DNA from: a virus
DNA length: 64,000 bases
Reading direction: 5' to 3' (one strand)
IMG/VR virus record: IMGVR_UViG_3300044611_002115
Span: 13,540-77,539 of that record
The notes under the pieces were generated by a model that was not told the origin of the DNA, searched no databases, and saw only the letters and a program-made list of their open reading frames with translations. Each line of letters starts with the position of its first letter. Within the stretch, counting starts at the first letter, position 1. This document shows positions 44,529 to 53,803 of the stretch, in pieces. The translations under genes were made by a program, and so were the position numbers.

Positions 44529-45701
44529 ATGGCTGCTCCCACACGCAAGCGCGGCAAGAAGGTTAAGGCGGAAGCAGCAGAGGCAGCACCAGCAAAGGCA
44601 GCACCCGCGCCCGCTAATGAGCTGGCGGCAGTGCTGGCGGATATTAGGAAGAACAAGGGAGAGAACAGCGTGCTGCCCGCGTCTCAAATCCCCATCGCCA
44701 ACCACATTCCCACGGGTTCCTTCATTCTGGACTTCGCCCTGCTGGGCGGAATCCCAGAGGGCTTCCCGACTATGATCTACGGGCTGGAGAGCAGCGGCAA
44801 GACCACGATCCTAAAGAAAGTGGTGGGCTGCTTCCAGCGCAAGCATCCCGACAAGCAAGTGGTGTGGATTGACAGCGAGGGCATGTTTGACCCGCAGTGG
44901 GCAACGCAGCTCGGCGTTGACTTGGACAGGCTGCTGGTGCACAGGCCGGAGACGGGGCAGGAGGCCGTGGACGTTATGGAGGCAATGATGGGCGCGTGGG
45001 AAACGGGCATGGTCGTGCTGGACTCAATCCCCGGCTGCGTGCCGTTCAACATCATTCAAAAGAGCGCGGAGGATATGACTATGACGGAGCTGGCGCGCCT
45101 AATGGGCGTCATGTGCAGCAAGCTCACAGCCTCCTACCAAGCGGAGCGCAAGCGGGGGCACTTCGTCACCAACCTGTTCGTCAACCAGTTCCGCTTCAAG
45201 GTGGGAGGGCTAGTGCTGGGCGACCCGCGCACGTTGCCCGGTGGTCGCCAAATCAACCACATCCCCACGACGAAGATTGAGATTAAGAACAAGGAGGAGC
45301 ACGGGAAAGACCGCTACGACAACGACGTGGTGGAGCACAATGCGCACGAGTTCAAAATCACAAAGGCCAAGCACGGCAGCAGCATCCGCAGCGGAGAGTT
45401 CCGCATGATGATAAACCCAGACAACGCGGACGGAGTGCCGCAGGGAACCATCGACGACGCGGACACCGTTTGCGTGTATGCTAAGAAAATGGGCATGCTG
45501 ACGGGTGGGGGCGCTGCGTGGCGCGTGGACGGGATAGACCGCAAGTTTGGCAACATCGCCAGCATCGTCACCCACTTGCGCGAGACGCCGGAGGAATACG
45601 TGCGGCTGTGCCAGCAGGTCATTGCAGCGCAGAGGCAAAGCAAAGGGCTTCCACTGCTACCGCCCGATGGGTATTTGCTTGATTGGGCAGAGGCGTCCTA
45701 A
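44529..45701 (+). CDS. recA: RecA/UvsX-like recombinase
   Basis: IPTGS..LD.AL.GGIP.G, YGLESSGKTT, WIDSE, VVLDSI, NQFR, PGG. Confidence 0.93.
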   Translation: MAAPTRKRGKKVKAEAAEAAPAKAAPAPANELAAVLADIRKNKGENSVLPASQIPIANHIPTGSFILDFALLGGIPEGFPTMIYGLESSGKTTILKKVVGCFQRKHPDKQVVWIDSEGMFDPQWATQLGVDLDRLLVHRPETGQEAVDVMEAMMGAWETGMVVLDSIPGCVPFNIIQKSAEDMTMTELARLMGVMCSKLTASYQAERKRGHFVTNLFVNQFRFKVGGLVLGDPRTLPGGRQINHIPTTKIEIKNKEEHGKDRYDNDVVEHNAHEFKITKAKHGSSIRSGEFRMMINPDNADGVPQGTIDDADTVCVYAKKMGMLTGGGAAWRVDGIDRKFGNIASIVTHLRETPEEYVRLCQQVIAAQRQSKGLPLLPPDGYLLDWAEAS

Positions 45702-45721
45702 TAGACCTATGAACCCCAGCG

Positions 45722-46153
45722 ATGCCAAAGCACAAACAGCGCCCCAGAGGAAAGCAGCGACATCTGTGCGCGACCAAGTATTGCAGGAACGAGAAGGCAA
45801 AGGGGCGGAGCATCTGCCACAAGTGCTACCAGCGGCAGTGGAGGGCGAAGCACCCGCTTGTGGCTGCGTGGCATCACCTGCTGGATCACGCGCGGCAGCG
45901 GAAGATAGAAGTGACGCTCACGCGTGCGGAGTTCGAGGCGTGGGTTGTTGCGGAGGGGGTGTTTGTGGACGGGAAGCGCAACCCCAACCTGCACATGGAC
46001 AGGCGGGAGGCGTGGCGGGGATACTCGCTGGACAACATCCAAGCGCTCCCGTGCGGCGAGAACATAGCCAAGGGGAACAGGGAGAGGCACGCGCCGGAAT
46101 ACAAGAGCAAGCGCTGGGCGCAGCAGCCGCAGCAGGAGCCTGACCCGTTCTAA
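45722..46153 (+). CDS. HNH-like endonuclease
   Basis: N-terminal C..C/C..C zinc finger; LHMDR.....GYSLDNIQ......N..KG. Confidence 0.65.
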   Translation: MPKHKQRPRGKQRHLCATKYCRNEKAKGRSICHKCYQRQWRAKHPLVAAWHHLLDHARQRKIEVTLTRAEFEAWVVAEGVFVDGKRNPNLHMDRREAWRGYSLDNIQALPCGENIAKGNRERHAPEYKSKRWAQQPQQEPDPF

Positions 46154-46158
46154 GCATC

Positions 46159-46521
46159 ATGGCGCTAAAGATTCCCAAGAGGCAGCAGCAGCACCGCAGC
46201 ATCGCCCGCTCACGCTTGCAGGAGAAGGAGCTGGCGAAGCGCGTGGGCGGACAGCGCACTGTTGCCAGCGGAGCGCTGGACGTGAAGGGCGATGTGCGGC
46301 TCAAGCGCGTGCTGCGCATTGAGGCCAAGACAACATCCAAGGAGAGCTTCCGCGTGACCACGGAAATGCTGGGGAAGATTGAGACGGCGGCGCTGGCAAG
46401 CAACGAGCTTCCCGCCTTTGTTGTGGAGTTCACGGACGCGCGGGGGAAGGTGCGGGGCAGCGTGGCGGTGGTGCCGCTCTACGTGCTGGAAATGATGGGC
46501 GCGTGGAAGGAGGGGCAATGA
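46159..46521 (+). CDS. Holliday junction resolvase, PD-(D/E)xK
   Basis: QEKELAK..GG....SGA...KGDV.....IEAK.T. Confidence 0.8.
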   Translation: MALKIPKRQQQHRSIARSRLQEKELAKRVGGQRTVASGALDVKGDVRLKRVLRIEAKTTSKESFRVTTEMLGKIETAALASNELPAFVVEFTDARGKVRGSVAVVPLYVLEMMGAWKEGQ

Positions 46522-46826
46522 CAAGCGTGAGCGATGTGCACCGCCTTGTGAACCACGCCCTAGAGGGAGCGCCCAACAGGGACAGGAACGCGCTGCGCCT
46601 AGTGCTCAGCCCACAAGCATTCAGCGAGCTGATGCGCGACCCCAGCGTGCGCATGGTAAACTCCAGACCCCCAGCGCAGCAGGTCGCCCAGATTTTTGGC
46701 ATCAACCTTTCACAGCACCAGCAGAGCGCTCCCGCCCTCCTGTTCTTTACGGAGCGCCACGCGGACGACTACAAGGCGGGGCGCATCAGGGAGCGCGACC
46801 TGCTCAACGGGAGGCTGCGCCCGTGA
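46518..46826 (+). CDS. Hypothetical protein
   Basis: 102 aa, overlapping starts and stops. Confidence 0.6.
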   Translation: MTSVSDVHRLVNHALEGAPNRDRNALRLVLSPQAFSELMRDPSVRMVNSRPPAQQVAQIFGINLSQHQQSAPALLFFTERHADDYKAGRIRERDLLNGRLRP

Positions 46827-47704
46827 GCCTCCTGCGCAGCATGCAGGAGCATGTCCGCCCGCAGCGCGTCCGCAATCGCGCGCAAAGGCCCGCAGCAGCG
46901 CCCGCACTGAGCGAGGGCTACATAACGCGCATGGTGGAGGAAGCGGACGCACAGCCCGACAGCAGCCGCGTGCGGGAGGGCTACATCCACGTCTCCTCCC
47001 TGCTCTCCTTCTGCCCGCGCCTCTACAGGCTCGCAGCAGTGGACGACATCCCCATCGTCAACCTCCCGCGCGCAGGCGACCGCATCGTGTGGGCGCTGGG
47101 GAGGGCGGCGGAAAAGCACGTGCGCGACGCAGTGCTGGCTCACGTGGGGCTGGGGAACGTGTATGGGGTGTGGCGCTGCAACTGCGGCATGGTGGCCTAC
47201 GAGGGGCTTCACAGGGAGCTGCGTTGCACGCACTGCGCCACCCCCGCCAACAATTTTGGCGAGCTGCCCGTGTTCGACCACGAGCTGCGCATCAGCGGCT
47301 CCCCTGACATCCAACTGCACGACGCGGGGAGCAGGCGCATCGTGGAAATCAAGAGCATCAACAAGCGGGAGTTTGAGGAGCTGGAGCGCCCCAAGCCCGA
47401 CCACGTGTTTCAAGCCTCCTTCTACGTGGACTTGCTCCGCGTGATGGGCGAACCCGTGCACGAGGAGCTGGCGATATTTTACGTCTGCAAGGACTACACG
47501 TTCCGCTCGCCCTACAGGGAGTTTCATGTGGGGGCGGGAGACATGGCAATGCAGATCGCAGCGGCGAAGGCGAGCGTGGCGCAGTTGCGGGCGTGCGAGA
47601 TGGGAGGGGCGCTGCCGCCCAAGCTCCCCGTGTGCAGCAGCGCGGCGACGCCGACAGCGCGCAAGTGTGTGGCGTGCGCGAGCTGCTTTGGGCGAAGGAA
47701 TTGA
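46823..47704 (+). CDS. Cas4-like PD-(D/E)xK exonuclease
   Basis: H.SSL..CPR, GSPD...IVEIKS, H.FQ...Y, C-terminal Cys cluster, internal Zn ribbon. Confidence 0.8.
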   Translation: MSLLRSMQEHVRPQRVRNRAQRPAAAPALSEGYITRMVEEADAQPDSSRVREGYIHVSSLLSFCPRLYRLAAVDDIPIVNLPRAGDRIVWALGRAAEKHVRDAVLAHVGLGNVYGVWRCNCGMVAYEGLHRELRCTHCATPANNFGELPVFDHELRISGSPDIQLHDAGSRRIVEIKSINKREFEELERPKPDHVFQASFYVDLLRVMGEPVHEELAIFYVCKDYTFRSPYREFHVGAGDMAMQIAAAKASVAQLRACEMGGALPPKLPVCSSAATPTARKCVACASCFGRRN

Positions 47705-47705
47705 C

Positions 47706-48257
47706 ATGAAAAAAACACAAGCACAAACAGCTCGCCCGTGGCTCTGGCAGGGCAGGGAGTTCACCACAGCGCCGGAGGAGTGGCTGGGGTTCGTTTACCT
47801 CATCACCTCTCCCAGCGGGAAGATGTATGTGGGGAAAAAATTGTTCTGGAGCCGCATCCGCCGCAAGCCGCTCAAGGGAACCCGCCGCGTGCGCATCGAG
47901 CGCAAGGAAAGCGACTGGAGAAAATACTTCGGCAGCAGCAACGAGCTGGTGGCGGAATTGGGGCGCACGGGGCGCTCTTTTTGGACGCGGGAAATCCTCC
48001 ACTTGTGCGAGTCGAAATGGGAGTGCTCGTTTGCGGAGCTGAAAATTCAACTGGCGCTGAACGCGCTTGTCCGCACAGATTTTTTCAACAGCATCATCCA
48101 CGTGCGCCTCAACCAGCCACCTTCTAGCTTTACCCCGTCGCGCCTTGACGCTACAGTGGCACGCGTTCAGCAGCAGTATGGAGGATCAACGACCACCAAA
48201 ATCTCAACGTGTGCTCCGGTTCGGATTCGTTCGCGCGGACGGCAAGGTGTTTCGTGA
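47706..48257 (+). CDS. GIY-YIG nuclease
   Basis: GFVYLIT...MYVGKK...ESDW.KYFGSS...REIL.LC...E...Q...N. Confidence 0.85.
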   Translation: MKKTQAQTARPWLWQGREFTTAPEEWLGFVYLITSPSGKMYVGKKLFWSRIRRKPLKGTRRVRIERKESDWRKYFGSSNELVAELGRTGRSFWTREILHLCESKWECSFAELKIQLALNALVRTDFFNSIIHVRLNQPPSSFTPSRLDATVARVQQQYGGSTTTKISTCAPVRIRSRGRQGVS

Positions 48258-48936
48258 ATACAGCCCAACTTGTGCAAACGGGGAGCGCTGGATAATGCCT
48301 TGGGAGTTTGAGCTGCTAAAGAAAAGGCAGCAGGAATATCAAAAGCGGGAGCACGTGCGGGCCAAGAACAATGCGTGGAACAGGGAGAACAGAAAACAGC
48401 CCCACATCCGCAAGCGGGCGCGAGAGTATAAAAAGAAGCGCATGCAAAGCAACCCATCAGCCCGTGTTGCTGCCGCCCTACGTGGCAGGGTGCGGGAGGT
48501 GTTCCTTTCACAAGGACTGCGCAAGACGGACAAGACGTTCAAGTTGGTGGGGTGCAGCCACGCGGAGCTGCGTGCGCATCTTGAGGCGCAGTTCACGGAG
48601 GGCATGACGTGGGAAAATTACGGCGCATGGGAAATCGACCATCGCATCCCGTGCAGGGCGTTCGACCTCACGCTGCCCGAGCACAGGAGCGCCTGTTTTC
48701 ACTTCACAAATTTGCAGCCCCTCTGGCGCACGGACAACCGCAGGAAATCGGGAAAATTGAAGGAGCAGCTCGCCCGCGATGCACTTTTTTCAAAAAATTA
48801 TTTCAACTCCATCCTGCACGTGCGGCTCAACCAGCCTCCCGCCTCCTTCCTGCTGCGGCACCGCATAAACACAAGCGCAGCGAGCGGGGGCACCCCCAGC
48901 CGCTTCGACGCCCCCGTGCGCAGCAGGAGACGCTGA
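48178..48936 (+). CDS. HNH homing-type endonuclease fused to a copy of the GIY-YIG C-terminus
   Basis: LVGCS..EL..HLE.QF.EGMTWENYG.WEIDH.IP...FHFTNLQPLW..DN..K. Confidence 0.87.
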   Translation: MEDQRPPKSQRVLRFGFVRADGKVFREYSPTCANGERWIMPWEFELLKKRQQEYQKREHVRAKNNAWNRENRKQPHIRKRAREYKKKRMQSNPSARVAAALRGRVREVFLSQGLRKTDKTFKLVGCSHAELRAHLEAQFTEGMTWENYGAWEIDHRIPCRAFDLTLPEHRSACFHFTNLQPLWRTDNRRKSGKLKEQLARDALFSKNYFNSILHVRLNQPPASFLLRHRINTSAASGGTPSRFDAPVRSRRR

Positions 48937-48961
48937 GCGCTGCAACTGTTGCAATTTCCTG

Positions 48962-48990
48962 TTGACAACAAATCTGCAAGCACGCATATT
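48962..48990 (+). promoter_or_regulatory. Phage promoter preceded by the palindrome at 48941
   Basis: TTGACAACAAATCTGCAAGCACG-CATATT. Confidence 0.8.
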
Positions 48991-49059
48991 CCCGTTCGTT
49001 GCTGCCGCCAGTGGGCAGCACAAGCAACACAAACCAAAAACCAAAAAGGAAAAAACACC

Positions 49060-50244
49060 ATGTCAAAAGCAGCATTCACAACCAACGAAATCGTCCGCTT
49101 CACGGGATACAGCGAGCCGCTCGAAAAGGGGCAGAAGCCCATCCTCACCAAGGGCGAGAAGGTGCGCATCACCGGACAAGTGGACGCGGAATCGTTCAAC
49201 GTCGTCAGCGTCAACAACCCGAAGGCCAAGGACTCCGTGTTCAACACGGAAATCGAGGCGCTCAAAATCTCCGCCGCCCCTGCCGCCAAAGCGGACAAGG
49301 CCGCGAAGGTGAAAGCGCCCGCTGAGAAGCCCGCCGCTGCCGCCAAAGTGCCGCAGATCAAGAAGGGCAAAGCGCCCGCAGCCAAGCCCGCTCCCGCGAA
49401 GGCCGAGAAAGCCGCCAAGACCAAAAAGGTCAAAGCGGAGAAGCCCGCCAAAGCGCCCAAGGCCGTGAAGCCGGAAGCGGAGGAGCTGAAACCGCTCGCC
49501 ATGTCCGCCTACAGCGAGGACGTGCAGAAGCAGGTCAAGTCCGACGCCAGCGCGCTCAAAGCCGCCAAGTCGCTCGCGCAGCGCATTCAGGAAACCTTCT
49601 GGACGCTGGGCGGCGTGCTGTCCTTCATTCAGCGCAACAAGTCGTTCGTCAAAGTGGAGACGGAGGCGGGCGAGCACCCCTACGCGGGATCGCACGGCTT
49701 CAAGAACTACGTGGAGGTCGAGCTGGGGATGAAATACCGCCGCGCGATGTATTATGTCAGCATCTACGAGACGTTCTCACCGCTGGGCGTGGAGCAGGAA
49801 ACCGTCCTCGCGCTGGGCTGGGCCAAGGCGAAGGAACTCACGGGCGTCGTCAACAAGAAAAACGTGCAGGGCTGGCTCAAGAAAGCGGACGAGCTGGGGC
49901 GCGAGGACTTGCAGGCGGAAATCAAGCAGAGCAAGGTCAAAGCGGGGGACGGGGATGTGAACCCGCCCGCTGGCCCCACCGCCACCGCCACCACGTTCAA
50001 GTTCCGCTTGTTCGAGGATCAGGGCAAAGTCGTCGCCAGCGCCATCAAAGATGCGCAGGAGAAGCTCGGAGAGGGCGCGGATGAAAACGCCGCGTTCGCT
50101 CACATCGTCAGCGAGTGGGCAGTGCTCAACGGCACGGGGGCCAAGCCCGACATCGACACCGCGTTCGCTTCGCTGGAAAACAGCTACGGACTCGCGGACG
50201 TGAGCAGCTACGCCAAGAGCCACTACGGCAAGGGCGGCAAGTAG
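49060..50244 (+). CDS. Histone H1-like (Lys/Ala/Pro-rich) DNA-binding protein with C-terminal helical domain
   Basis: PAAKA/KAEKPAK repeats, highly biased codons, own promoter and terminator; HGFKNYVEVELGMKYRRAMYY is HTH-like. Confidence 0.72.
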   Translation: MSKAAFTTNEIVRFTGYSEPLEKGQKPILTKGEKVRITGQVDAESFNVVSVNNPKAKDSVFNTEIEALKISAAPAAKADKAAKVKAPAEKPAAAAKVPQIKKGKAPAAKPAPAKAEKAAKTKKVKAEKPAKAPKAVKPEAEELKPLAMSAYSEDVQKQVKSDASALKAAKSLAQRIQETFWTLGGVLSFIQRNKSFVKVETEAGEHPYAGSHGFKNYVEVELGMKYRRAMYYVSIYETFSPLGVEQETVLALGWAKAKELTGVVNKKNVQGWLKKADELGREDLQAEIKQSKVKAGDGDVNPPAGPTATATTFKFRLFEDQGKVVASAIKDAQEKLGEGADENAAFAHIVSEWAVLNGTGAKPDIDTAFASLENSYGLADVSSYAKSHYGKGGK

Positions 50245-50273
50245 CAGCACGCGCACAAGCTGCGCACAACAAG

Positions 50274-50304
50274 AGGCGCGCTCCACACGGGGCGCGCCTT
50301 TTTT
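50274..50304 (+). terminator. Intrinsic terminator
   Basis: AGGCGCGCTCC-ACAC-GGGGCGCGCCT followed by TTTTT. Confidence 0.85.
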
Positions 50305-50390
50305 GTTGATTATTTTTCGCGGGGCGCTCGCCCCATAGCTTTGCACCGCCGCAGTGTGCAGCGCAGCACGCGGGCAGCGCGCTTTCCCTG

Positions 50391-50418
50391 TTGACAATTA
50401 AACTGCAAGCGCTACTCT
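50391..50418 (+). promoter_or_regulatory. Phage promoter
   Basis: TTGACAATTAAACTGCAAGCGC-TACTCT. Confidence 0.72.
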
Positions 50419-50428
50419 CAGCACTGCC

Positions 50429-50722
50429 ATGAGCACACCACACACCACCACACCAACGCCCACGCTGGAGCCGCTCGCGGCTGACCCGCAGTGGGAGCAG
50501 ATCAACAACGCCCCGTTCAGCAGCAAGTTGCACGTGGGCAGCATCCACACGCCCCCCGCTGGCTATGCGCTGGGGTTCCGCGACGGAGCCTACGCGCTCG
50601 CCGCTGCGCTGCTTGCGCAGATGAAGGAGAACGGGGCCACAAGCGTCGTCCCCCTCCTGCTCGCCTACGAGCGGGGTGACGTGCGCCCGACACGGGGCTG
50701 GAAGCACGAGTCCATCCACTAG
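50429..50722 (+). CDS. Hypothetical protein
   Basis: 97 aa after promoter. Confidence 0.6.
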   Translation: MSTPHTTTPTPTLEPLAADPQWEQINNAPFSSKLHVGSIHTPPAGYALGFRDGAYALAAALLAQMKENGATSVVPLLLAYERGDVRPTRGWKHESIH

Positions 50723-50731
50723 GGCAAGCAC

Positions 50732-51280
50732 ATGAACGCACCCAGCGCATCAAAACTCGAAATTCACGCCTTTCTGTGCGAAGCACAAGCCTTCTACGAA
50801 GCGGCGTTCTCCCGCTTGGGCATCGCGCGGGAGGGCGCGTGCCTCCTGTGGGCAATCGCTGCAACAGTTGCAGCACGGCAGCAGGGGCACCGCGCTATCC
50901 TGCAAGGGGGCAGCGCCAACTTCCTCACCGTAGCGCACAAGCGCGACGACGGGGTGTGCAACAACGGATTCGGCTACACGTTCATCGCAGCGGAGGCCGT
51001 GCAGCACGTGCGGGCGGGGAACTTCCCAGAAATGCACGTGTGGGCAGCGCTGCCTGACGTGCGCCCCGTGCCTCTCCTCATCGACCTCACCACGGGGTTC
51101 CAGCCCGTGCAACTGCTGCGCATGCGCGGCGTCCGCTGGGACGAGGAAGTGCTGCCCCCGCCCTACCTCGTCGCCCCCGTGAACGATTTGCCCGACGAGC
51201 TGCAATACACGGCTGACCCCGTGGCAACGGCCTACGCCATGCGCTGCGCGGTGGAGCTGTGTGGGAGGGACATCATATGA
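50732..51280 (+). CDS. Hypothetical protein, possible Cys-His-Asp (transglutaminase/papain-like) fold
   Basis: GACL.W ... HVW ... IDLT spacing. Confidence 0.5.
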   Translation: MNAPSASKLEIHAFLCEAQAFYEAAFSRLGIAREGACLLWAIAATVAARQQGHRAILQGGSANFLTVAHKRDDGVCNNGFGYTFIAAEAVQHVRAGNFPEMHVWAALPDVRPVPLLIDLTTGFQPVQLLRMRGVRWDEEVLPPPYLVAPVNDLPDELQYTADPVATAYAMRCAVELCGRDII

Positions 51281-52059
51281 GCAACCCAATGGCGCTGGAC
51301 AACACGGGGGCACGCTACAGCCCGCACCCGCTCGCCGTGCTGCACTTGGAGTGCACAACAGCGGGGCACGACAAGTTCTACGAGCTTGCACTGCACGTGA
51401 GCACGGATGCACACACGCTCGCGCTCGTCTCCTATTGGGGCAAGCGCACACAGCTCGTCTGGGGCACGCTGCAAGCGTCCTTCCGCCGCAGCACCAACCA
51501 GCGCAAGCTGCAAGGCACCACATCCATGCTCTCCGGCTGGCCCATGCTGTCTCCTGTAGCGCTGCGCATAGTCTCCGAGAAGCGGGAAAAGGGCTACGTC
51601 CTTTTTCCGCAAGGCACGGCGGGAGTGGGGCGCTTCCCCGACGAGAGCATCCGCATGGGCGAAGCCGTGCGTGCGTTCCAAGCGCTGTCCGATAGCGCGA
51701 AGCTGCACGTCATAGCCAACGGCGTCACGCTGGGAGAGGGGACGCAGACGGGGCGCTTCACCGCCACGCCCAACACGCAGCCCATCCCCAGCGCACAGCG
51801 CAGGAACCCCGACCACGTGGAGGTGCGGGACGCATCGGGCGCAGTTGTGGCAGTTGCCATCCGCCCCCAGCCCCAGCCGGAGGAGGACGAGGAAGTGGGG
51901 GACGTAGTGTTTACAGTCACGCCGGAGGAGCTGCTTGCACGCGCCCGCAGGGCTGCGGAGGGAGCAACCCCTGCCCCAGAGGGGGAAAACAGCACAGCGG
52001 ACGCTACAGCGCGAACAAACCGCCCCAGCTACGTGCGACGCAGGAGACTTGAGCTATGA
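51277..52059 (+). CDS. WGR-like domain protein
   Basis: HDKFYEL...YWGKR...SEKREKGY; ends RRRRLEL. Confidence 0.6.
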   Translation: MSNPMALDNTGARYSPHPLAVLHLECTTAGHDKFYELALHVSTDAHTLALVSYWGKRTQLVWGTLQASFRRSTNQRKLQGTTSMLSGWPMLSPVALRIVSEKREKGYVLFPQGTAGVGRFPDESIRMGEAVRAFQALSDSAKLHVIANGVTLGEGTQTGRFTATPNTQPIPSAQRRNPDHVEVRDASGAVVAVAIRPQPQPEEDEEVGDVVFTVTPEELLARARRAAEGATPAPEGENSTADATARTNRPSYVRRRRLEL

Positions 52060-52619
52060 AAAAGACACCACGGGATTTTCCCATCACGGTCTGGACGGAC
52101 GGGAGCTGCTGGAACGCCAACGCGGGCGGGGACGGGAAAGGGGGCTGGGCGTTTGTTGCCACGTGGCGCGGGCGCGTGCTGCGCCGCTTCGGGCACCTTC
52201 CCCGCACAACCAACAACGAAGCGGAGCTGACCGCCATCTACCGCGCCCTGTGTTTCGTGCAGCGCACGGAGCACCCGCTGGAAATCATCACGGACTCGCA
52301 ATACTGCTATCGCGCCCTCTGCGTGTGGCGCTTTGGCTGGGCAGACGGCGGGTGGGTGAACAGCGTGGGCAACCCCGTCGCCAACTTGCAACTGTTGCAG
52401 CGCATCATCCGCCTCATTGAGTGGCATAGGGAAACGCGTGCGCTGGAGTTCAACTGGACGCGGGGGCACGCGGGCACAGCGCTCAACGAGGAAGCGGACG
52501 TGCTGGCGGGCAACGCGCGCAGGGACGGGGACACGGACGACAGGGGATGCGAGTTCCCGCTCCCGCACAATTTAGCAGCAGACACCAACAACACCACGAA
52601 AGGAAAAACAACACCATGA
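52056..52619 (+). CDS. rnhA: Ribonuclease HI
   Basis: WTDGSC..N...GGWA...TTNNEAELTA...TDSQY...N.V.N..L...W.RGH.G...NE.AD.LA. Confidence 0.93.
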   Translation: MKKTPRDFPITVWTDGSCWNANAGGDGKGGWAFVATWRGRVLRRFGHLPRTTNNEAELTAIYRALCFVQRTEHPLEIITDSQYCYRALCVWRFGWADGGWVNSVGNPVANLQLLQRIIRLIEWHRETRALEFNWTRGHAGTALNEEADVLAGNARRDGDTDDRGCEFPLPHNLAADTNNTTKGKTTP

Positions 52620-52889
52620 TGAAGCAGTATCTAAAAGCGCTGGCGCTCGCAGTCGCCTACCACGCGCTCAAGCCCAAGGAAGTCGCCCTGCATGGGGTGC
52701 TCTCCAAAGCTCAACCAAACTGGAGGAACAACTGATGCACGCGCTACTCGCAACGACGCTGACGCAATCGGAGCAGGGCGCGCTCATGCTGCAAGTGCTG
52801 GGCAAACTGTGCATGAACTTTTGGCCCGTGTGCGTGCTTGCCCTGTGCGTGTGCGCCCATGCCGCGTGGGTATGCTGGAGGGACAAGCG

Positions 52890-53066
52890 ATGAGCGGCAA
52901 CGGAACGTCACTCGACCCCAACATGCTCATTACCGACGAGCGCAGCTTGTTTCAGAACCGCGAGTTTGTGCGCCGCCTTTTTAAGCGTGCGGACGACTCC
53001 TACAAGGAACCCGTGGAGGAGGCCATTGTGAAGTTTGGCGGCAGCGTCGGAGAGGAGGACAAATGA
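52890..53066 (+). CDS. Hypothetical protein
   Basis: 58 aa, ATGA overlaps. Confidence 0.45.
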   Translation: MSGNGTSLDPNMLITDERSLFQNREFVRRLFKRADDSYKEPVEEAIVKFGGSVGEEDK

Positions 53067-53803
53067 GCCAGCAGCTTGTCGCACAGCGCATGGCGGAGTC
53101 TCGCGCCAAGCGCTTCGCCCTCCCCGCGTCCATTGACCTGTGCGAGTTCGACCACCTCGTTGAGTGGCTGCACACAAAATCCCTCCCAGCCTTTGTGGTG
53201 GAGAGCGTGCGCAGAGATGCGGACAGGCACGCGGAGCTTGTCACCGCCATGCCATGCAGCGCGTTTGACGACTTCGACGAGACGGGCATCTACCGCACGC
53301 TGCTCACGCACGGCCCCACGTGGCACGGGCAGTTCGCCGCCGACCCCATAGCGGCGCGGGAGTGGAACGACAGGAGGCTGTTTGGCGCGCCCGCGCCGGA
53401 GGTCGCCTTTGCCGTGCTGGGGCTTTGGACGGGCACGAACCTGCACAAGCTGGTTCCCCTGCACGGGCGCGCAGCCATCCTCGCCTACCTCGCCAAGCAC
53501 AGCGAAAAGGAGGGCGTGACCTACGTGCGGTGGCACAAGCGCGTCTTGGAGCGTGCGACGTTCTGCTATGGCGACAGCCAGCAGAACTTTTTCGTGCTGC
53601 CCTACTCGCCGGAGCGCATGGCCGCGCTCGCGCTGCTGCACGCCATAGCGACGTTCCACGCCATCCACGTGTGCCCCCTGCCGGAGTGGGGCATGCGGGT
53701 GCTCAACATCATGTGCGCACAGGCGTCGGAGAAGAACCCGTATTTTGAAATCCAAATCCACGGAGGAGTCACACCCGATGACATCGAAGCCACCGCAGAG
53801 TAG
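53063..53803 (+). CDS. Hypothetical protein
   Basis: 246 aa with coding-like codon usage. Confidence 0.7.
   Translation: MSQQLVAQRMAESRAKRFALPASIDLCEFDHLVEWLHTKSLPAFVVESVRRDADRHAELVTAMPCSAFDDFDETGIYRTLLTHGPTWHGQFAADPIAAREWNDRRLFGAPAPEVAFAVLGLWTGTNLHKLVPLHGRAAILAYLAKHSEKEGVTYVRWHKRVLERATFCYGDSQQNFFVLPYSPERMAALALLHAIATFHAIHVCPLPEWGMRVLNIMCAQASEKNPYFEIQIHGGVTPDDIEATAE

Noticed and set aside
46823-47704. CRISPR-Cas locus suggested by the Cas4-like gene
   Set aside because: No repeat-spacer array or other cas genes; solo Cas4-like nucleases are common in phage recombination clusters.
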